64,000 nt of DNA from Lytechinus pictus (taxonomy: Eukaryota). The notes below the pieces were generated by a model that was not told where the DNA came from, made no database searches, and was given only the letters and a program-made list of their open reading frames with translations. Both the position numbers and the translations under genes were made by a program. This document shows, one piece after another, positions 55,620 through 64,000 of this stretch; within the stretch, counting starts at the first letter, position 1, and each line of letters begins with the position of its first letter. Location: assembly GCF_037042905.1 (NCBI RefSeq), contig NC_087263.1:9922001-9986000 (forward strand), given 5' to 3'.

Positions 55620-57765
55620 GAAGTTATTATGGCTCACTTTGTGGATTTTCAGGACTAGATAAGATTACCTTATTCCAATATCCTGTCCATATCTTAATAT
55701 AATAGTTTTTTTTTTTTTGGGGGGGGTAGAGCAGTTGGTTTCTTACTTTAGCAGGAAGCTGAAAATAAAACAACCTCTGCCGTGTGACTATATACCTTAT
55801 TAAAATTGAATCAAAGTAATGATATGTTTTATGTTGCTTACCTGAGGTCAATAAAGGTGGTATTTACCTTACCTGAAGTTATTATGGCTCACTTTGTGGA
55901 TTTTCAGGACTAGATAAGATTACCTTATTCCAATATCCTGTCCATATCTTAATATATATTTTTTTTTTTGGGGGGGGGGGTCGAGCAGTTGGTATCTTAC
56001 TTAAGCAGGAAGCTGAAAATAAAACAACCTCTGCCGTGTGACTATATACCTTATTAAAATTGTATCAAAGTAATGATATGTTTTATGTTGCTTACCTGAG
56101 GTCAATAAAGGTGGTATTTACCTTACCTGAAGTTATTATGGCTCACTTTGTGGATTTTCAGGACTAGATAAGATTACCTTATTCCAATATCCTGTCCATA
56201 TCTTAATATAATTTTTTTGGGGGGGTAGAGCAGTTGGTATCTTACTTTAGCAGGAAGCTGAAAATAAAACAACCTCTGCCGTGTGACTATATACCTTATT
56301 AAAATTGAATCAAAGTAATGATATGTTTTATGTTGCCTACCTGAGGTCAATAAAGGTGGTATTTACCTTACCTGAAGTTATTATGGCTCACTTTGTGGAT
56401 TTTCAGGACTAGATAAGATTACCTTATTCCAATATCCTGTCCATATCTTAATATATTTTTTTTTTTTGGGGGGGGGGTAGAGCAGTTGGTATCTTACTTA
56501 AGCAGGAAGCTGAAAATAAAACAACCTCTTCCGTGTGACTATATACCTTATTAAAATTGAATCAAAGTAATGATATGTTTTATGTTGCTTACCTGAGGTC
56601 AATAAAGGTGGTATTTACCTTACCTGAAGTTATTATGGCTCACTTTGTGGATTTTCAGGACTAGATAAGATTACCTTATTCAAATATCCTGTCCATATCT
56701 TAATATAATTTTTTTTTGGGGGTAGAGCAGTTGGTATCTTACTTAAGCAGGAAGCTGAAAATAAAACAACCTCTGCCGTGTGACTATATACCTTATTAAA
56801 ATCGAATCAAAGTTATGATATGTTTTATGTTGCTTACCTGAGGTCAATAAAGGTGGTATTTACCTTACCTGAAGTTATTATGGCTCACTTTGTGAATTTT
56901 CAGGACTAGATAAGATTACCTTATTCTAATATCCTGTCCATACATACAAAAATGTATACATTAAGACATGGACAGGATGTCTTAATGTATACATTTTTGT
57001 ATGTATGGACAGGATATTAGAATAAGGTAATCTTATCTAGTCCTGAAAATCCACAAAATGAGCCATAATAACTTCAGGTAAGGTAAATACCACATTTTAA
57101 TAAGGTATATAGTCACACGGCAGAGGTTGTTTTATTTTCAGCTTCCTGCTAAAGTAAGATACCAACTGCTCTACCCCCCAAAAAAAAAAATTATATTAAG
57201 ATATGGACAGGATATTGGAATAAGGTAATCTTATCTAGTCCTGAAAATCCACAAAGTGAGCCATAATAACTTCAGGTAAGGTAAATACCACCTTTATTGA
57301 CCTCAGGTAAGCAACATAAAACATATCATTACTTTGATACAATTTTAATAAGGTATATAGTCACACGGCAGAGGTTGTTTTATTTTCAGCTTCCTGCTTA
57401 AGTAAGATACCAACTGCTCTACCCCCCAAAAAAAAAATTATATTAAGATATGGACAGGATATTGGAACAAGGTAATCTTATCTAGTCCTGAAAATCCACA
57501 AAGTGAGCCATAATAACTTCAGGTAAGGTAAATACCACCTTTATTGACCTCAGGTAGGCAACATAAAACATATCATTACTTTGATTCTATTTTAATAAGG
57601 TATATAGTCACACGGCAGAGGTTGTTTTATTTTCAGCTTCCTGCTAAAGTAAGATACCAACTGCTCTACCCCCCCAAAAAAAAATTGTATTAAGATATGG
57701 ACAGGATATTGGAATAAGGTAATCTTATCTAGTCCTGAAAATCCACAAAGTGAGCCATAATAACT
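55620..57765. repeat. ~250-bp tandem repeat, about 5.5 copies on plus then about 3 inverted
   Basis: aagttattatggctcac recurs near 55621, 55877, 56130, 56375, 56627 and 56873; length variation is in T/G homopolymers. Confidence 0.95.
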
Positions 57766-57974
57766 TGAGGTAAGATGAACACCACCATTATTGACCTCAA
57801 GTCATCAAACTAAAACATATCATCACTTTGAGTCGATTTTAATGAGGGATATCCTACTTTATATACTTTATATATTTTAGGTCAGTTTCACGCTAAAGTA
57901 AGATACCAACTGCTCCACCCCCCCCCAAAAAAAAAAAAAATAAAGAAAAAAACTATTATATTAAGATATGGACA

Positions 57975-60615
57975 TGATAAAAATGATAATGGAATAATAT
58001 ACTATGATATTTCAGACCATCTGCCTATTTTTGCAATGTATCCAAATGATAAACGCCCTCACCAACCTAGGGACAAAGAAAACATAACCAGACGAAATGA
58101 AACCCAACGTAATATAGAATCCCTGAAGGTAGACTTGGCTGAAGAAGATTGGCATGATATTTACCTAGAACAAAATGCAAATGACTCTTATGTAATATTC
58201 TTAAATAAACTTCTTTATTATTATGATAAAAACGTGCCATTACTAAGAGTTAAATCGAGCAAAAAGAAGAACAAACAACCGTGGGTTACACAAGGTATAA
58301 TTAAATCCATATTTACTCGGAATAGACTTTATAAAATATCCATTAAATCGCCTACAATTCAAAACATAAATAAATATAAAAAATTTCGCAACAAATTAAC
58401 TTCAGTTATCCGCCTAGCTCGCAAATCTTACTTTTCTGATAAAATTGAAAATAACAAAGATAATAAAAATTCATTATGGAAATCTGTAAATGAGATATTA
58501 GGTAAGAAAAAAGAAAGCTATGATAACATTAATTTCGTAGAAAATGGTCAACACTTGCGAAACCCAAGTGATGTTGCTAATGCCTTTAATAATTTCTTCA
58601 ATAATATCGGTCCAAATTTAGCTTCAAAAATAGTATCTAATGATAATGACTTTTCTGAGTACTTAAACGACTTTCCGGAAAATTCTTTATTTTTTAATCC
58701 GACTAATACTCATGAGATCTTAGAAATTGTTAGGTTTTTGAAACCGACTAAATCTTCAGGGCATGATGGAATAAGTGTCTATTTATTAAAACAAATAATT
58801 CACTTTATAGCTTCACCGCTCATGCATATTTTTAACCTTTCTCTGTATCATGGCATTGTTCCCGATCCACTTAAGATTGCAAAAATAATACCAATATATA
58901 AGAAAGATGATCCATGTCTTACTTCCAACTACCGACCAATATCTTTATTACCAAGTATCTCTAAAATTCTTGAAAAAATAGTTTACAAGCGATTGTATTC
59001 CTTTTTTAACAATAATAATATATTAATTCCAAATCAATATGGTTTTAGAGAGAATCATTCAACCGATTATGCTATTTTACAATTATTCGACAAAATATCT
59101 GATTCTCTCTCTAAAAAAGAACACACTGTTGGGATTTTTATGGATCTATCGAAAGCATTCGATACAATGGATCACCGCATTTTACTTTGTAAATTAAAGA
59201 GATATGGAATCAGGGGGGTGGTTTTCACTTGGTTCAAAGATTACTTAAGTAATCGACGCCATTATGTTTCTTTCAAATCAAAAACATCCAATATTTGTAC
59301 AATGAAATGTGGAGTACCACAAGGATCGATTTTAGGTCCATTGCTATTTTTGATTTATATGAATGATATTGTAAATGCATCTCGAGAATTAACTTACGTT
59401 TTATTTGCAGACGATACAAATGTCTTTTATTCCCACAAAGACTTAAATATACTCGTCCCGACACTTAATTTCGAATTAAAGAAATTATCAAAATGGTTTA
59501 AAGCTAATAAACTCTCCCTAAATATAAGCAAAACAAATTTTATGTATTTTAAACACATTCAAACTAAACATATGTTCCTTAATATATACATAGATGACAT
59601 ACCTATCATTGAAAAACAAGAAACCAAATTTTTAGGTGTATGGATTGACTCAAATTTAACGTGGAACAGTCACATTCACAATATTTGCATGATGGCATCC
59701 AGAGGAATAGGAATTTTGTTTAGATTAAAATATCATCTCTCCAAAAAATCATTATTTATGCTTTATAATTCGTTCGTTTTATCCCACTTATCTTACTGCA
59801 ACTTAGTATGGGGGTATAGTAGTAAGGTAAAAATAGAAACAATTTTCCGTCTCCAAAAGAAAGCACTCCGCATATGTACTCATTCACATTTCATTGCACA
59901 TACTGATCCAATATTTCACAACTTAAAGACATTGAAAATTGAAGATATTAACATTTATCAAACGGCCATATTTATGTTTAAATTTTCATCCAATATTATC
60001 CCGATTCCATTTCGCAATTTTTTTGTTTACAACAAAGACATTCACAAATATCCAACACGACATTCAATAGATCTTCACTTAACCAACCCAAGAATATTAC
60101 TCGCTCATAAGACAATACGCCACCATGGCCCAGATATTTGGAATGCATTGCCACAGAATATTAAACAATGTACATCTCTCTATTCGTTTAAAGCTTCGTT
60201 GAAAAAATTTCTTATTTCTAAGTATACCTAATTTGATTCACCTGCACTCGCCCACATGCACACACTTGCACTTCTTTTTACCATTTTTTTCTACCAATAT
60301 ATATATATTTTTTAATCTTATATTTCGTGACGATCAATTTATCAAATATGATTTATGATGGTTTTCATGTAGCCCCCTCTCCTGGCTGCTATTGCTTCAA
60401 GCACCTCTGTGCTTATAATAGCTGGCCCCTGTATTTTACCGAACTTTATCACATGCTTAGGTATGATTTAATTATCAGTCTTTTCTGTATTATTTACAAT
60501 GTATCTCTTTAATTGTCACATTTAAATTGTATTCATTCAATTATGTGAACATGTTAATTTATCATTGATTTATGAATAAAATGCAGAAACTCCTGCAAAA
60601 AAAAAAAAAAAAAAA
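57975..60615 (+). mobile_element. 5'-truncated CR1/L2-group (Crack-like) LINE with uninterrupted RT ORF (58036-60231)
   Basis: Starts at the APE end (ISDHLPIF); YRPISLL, MDLSKAFD, GVPQGSILGP, FADD; AATAAA and poly(A) at 60597-60615. Confidence 0.93.
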
Positions 60616-61755
60616 TATGGGAATAACGTAATGTTATCTATTCCTGAAAATCCACAAAGAGCGTCATAACAACTTGAGGTAAGATGAACACCACCATTAT
60701 TGACCTCAAATCAGCTAAGTAAAACATATCACTTTGAGTCGATTATATTAAGGGATATAAGGTAATGTAATCTATTCCTGAAAATCCACAAAGAGAGTCA
60801 TAACAACACACAGTCCCATTCGCACGAAATCGCGTGGGCATTGCTGCGTTAAGTCTCCATGCTGCAGAACTACTGGCGAGGAATGTGCGTCTTTGAATAT
60901 CAACTCCCCCCCCCCCCCCGAATAAAAAATAAATAAATAAATAAATGAATAAATGGGAAAAAATAGTATGAGTAGGTATGATACGTGGATGTCGGACATG
61001 CCGGGATAAATTAAATGTATCTAGACAATGTACACACATGAAAACCATAAAGTGACCCAAAACTTCAAGTAAAGTTAATACTACCCACAAAACCCTCAAG
61101 TCATCTAATAAAAAAACAGGTCATCACTTTTAGTCAGTTACATGAAAGAATATAATCACACGACTGAGGTTGTTTTATTAACAGTTTTATGCAAAATCAT
61201 GATATCAATTCCCCCCCCCCCCCCGCTGGAAAAAAAAAAGTCATAGACAGGGTATGGGATGAGGTAATGTTATCTAAACATAAAAATCCATTAAGTTAGC
61301 ATTAAAAGCATGAAAATAAGTACATCTCATTTTAACACACGTCTTTATAATACAAACAGAACAAACACCCCCAACACACACACACACTCAATAATGGCAC
61401 ACACACAGATGTATACACAAACACATACACACACAGACACAAACACATACACATAGACAGACACACAGGCACATGGACACACACAAACTTTCAGTTTACG
61501 TTTTGGAGAAAATATGGGGTAACTGCAGCCCTGGAAACCCTACAAATCTAGGCCTCAGTACACTTAATTGGATGTAATCCAAATTGAATTGAATGAACAA
61601 ATATTTTGGTGATTAATCTTGGAACCATATTATTCAACTACAAAAAAAAAAATCAAAATTTTACTTTTTTTTGTTGTCTTAGTTATTTATTCGTTCCTGG
61701 AATAAGACTACACTATTTCACAAAATCAGCTCTCGCTCCGCAGAACACACAGCAG

Positions 61756-62005
61756 GGGCCCGTTTCATAAAACATTTGCCGCAGCGGCAACTCCCATTTT
61801 CTGCGGCAAATCTGTGTTTCTGTGGCAAATCTCAAAACAGCGGCAAGTTTCCGTTTCATAAAACTTTGCCGCAGATACTTTCTGCGGCAAATGACAATTT
61901 CAGCGGCAATATTTGACGCAGCTCAAGGAGCTGCGTCAAATGACAATTTCTGCGGCAAATTTGACGCAGAAACAGCTTTTTCATCAAAATACCAACAATT
62001 TTGAG
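61756..62005. mobile_element. Left end of a PIF/Harbinger-like element
   Basis: CAG|GGGCCCGTTTCATAAAAC terminus, like 25272, with repeated TGCGGCAAA subterminal motifs. The other end is not seen. Confidence 0.55.
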
Positions 62006-64000
62006 GCCCTAAGAGCCATATTAGTCAATTTTTTTTATGATTTTGATTTGATAAATTGCTTTTCGTCATTCTAAATAGAAAATACATGTATATTTACTCA
62101 TTGACAAATAAAAAGTAGATATTTATTGAATCATCATTCATTCTTTTTAAAGTCAAATTTATTTTAATAAATAGATACATAGGGAACATACATTGTGTTC
62201 CTGCAAATTTACACTTTCAAAAAAGCTTTTCTTTATCCTGTAAAAGAATGAATAAATGATGTCTTATTTTGTAAAAGATGTTGCCTCATTGGCTTTTGAG
62301 TTTCAATTAGATTCATTTCATAAGTGCTGTTGTTGCTGCTGCTGTTAGTTTTGCTGATGTGTTTGTTGAAACTCTTGCTGAAGTTGTGGTTGCTGTTAAC
62401 GTTTCCAGAGTGGTTGTTGGACATCTTGATATTGTTGAGGGTGCCGGTGTGGTTTTTGCACCTCCTGCAGAACTTGTTGATACTGCTGTTGTTGTTGCTG
62501 TTGGTCAATGCTGTCGTTACATCTCCTGTGTGGTTGATGCTGTTTTTGCTCCTGCTGCTGTTCATGTGATTGAAGTACCTGAAAAAGAAATTAATTTATA
62601 ATGCATATAAGCAAGATACCAAAGTTATTCCTAATTTCACTGTCATTGTTATCCCTTAATAGACGGGGGGGGGGGAGGGGTGGAGGCACCTTTTGATACT
62701 TTGCAAGATTTCTCCAAATGGACAAGATCCTCAGGCACCCCCTGGGATGATCTACCAGAATAGCCTCATCTAGTAAGGTGTATTAACAGGATTTTGTACT
62801 CATTACATTCAGTTCATTTTGCATGAACTCAATTCATCAAATGAATGTAAAGGGTCTACCAGTAAAAAAAAATTATGTGAGCTTCTTCGGGTAATCTTTC
62901 TGAGTCATTTTACTCCTTTACTGACAAATTAATAATTAAAAACATGATGAAGTGAATTTGACAGTAATTTGACATGTTGCATCTTAGGTGGTAGTGGTGG
63001 GGGTCAATAATTATAGAAATGCAGAATATTCGTGTACCAATTTGGCAAGAGAAAGCAAGTCACACCAATTATTTATTAATATTAATAATCTACCAATGAC
63101 TGATATTGGTTTGTTATTTTTGCAGCTGAAAAAAAAAATCATCAACACCTCAAACTTAGAGTTTAATTCTAAAATTTTGACTGGATTCTTGACAAAGAGC
63201 AAATCAAGAAGACAAAAATCATTCAATTGTTATTATGTGACTTACTTTCCATGCCAAAGTGAATCAGAATTATAAATAAGTTTAACTTACGGGTTAAATC
63301 ACATTTCTAGGCTCTTTGTCTGGCTCTCCAAACCCTTCAGTCATTGAATTTGGCATGGCTTTCTGATACTATCTTGTGTCTTTCAGGAAATGCGGAAAAA
63401 GCCTCACCTGAAGGAATAAATTAGATTGAAATTTTCAAAAAATGTTTGGCACTGTAATTTTTCTTCTCACATGTATACATTGCATGTATATCAAACGAAA
63501 ATAAAAGGAAACATGGTTTGACTTCTAGGTTTTTATCATGGGGGGGGGGGGGGGTAAAGTGGTCAAGATGGGTTAATAAACAAAAATGCAAACATGCAAC
63601 AGTAAATAATATAAAAGGTATCTCTGGTTGAGAAATGTCACTTCATATGCTATGCAATCATTCCTCATAATTTATCTTGCACACACATGTACACGTAGTG
63701 AGGATGTGTGAGGGAGAGAGAGAGAGAGCACTGTCATTGTACATGCAAAAAGTATTAAATCCATCACTGCCAAATAGATGGGGGCTGTGCCCCCCCCCCT
63801 CCCCCAATGTTTCACGACCAAGAAAAAAAGAGAAAAAGAACGGGAAAGGACTAAATAGTATATCTTTTTCTGAATATTACGTCAAAAATCTTTCCAAAAA
63901 TTTAATTTCTGTATTAAAAATTCAACAATTTTGCTGGCTCCCTCGCATCTTTTGAGAACTTTTGTTCCATCAGCCATATTTAGCTCCCTTAAATATTTGG

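Larger units (their letters stand above)
54252..61755. repeat. Giant palindrome with internal ~250-bp tandem arrays
   Basis: 54252-56969 mirrors 56977-61755 apart from the LINE insertion and array copy number; 7-nt spacer GGACAGG at 56970-56976. Confidence 0.93.

Noticed and set aside
55620..57765. CRISPR-like array
   Set aside because: Units are ~250-bp near-identical tandem copies with no unique spacers; eukaryotic context, no cas genes.

Overview
AT-rich, repeat-dense animal genomic DNA with spliceosomal introns. The Deu-domain SINE, 2A-bearing CR1/L2 LINE, HERO-like element and Kolobok/EnSpm/Academ-like MITEs suggest a marine invertebrate deuterostome, probably a sea urchin (inference). 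The main host content is two inverted paralogous copies of one gene. Read by hand, the exons phase-match into about 20 or more ankyrin repeats, two short linker exons, a hydrophobic helix, a non-canonical V-type Ig-like domain, a 6-Cys domain and a GPI-like C-terminal tail. Copy 2 (minus, ~41701-37160) includes the ankyrin exon but has stops, a frameshift and two broken splice sites. Copy 1 (plus, 447-2148) has intact splice sites, and its 5' part lies upstream of the window. Both sit in an old inverted segmental duplication (~390-10900 vs ~26000-39000). The rest is mobile DNA: a Penelope inverted pair with hammerhead-like motifs interrupted by a HERO-like retrotransposon, a near full-length 2A-containing LINE, a 7.5 kb palindrome with a LINE in one arm, SINEs and many MITEs. 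All calls are from manual reading; element family names are by motif, not by database search.
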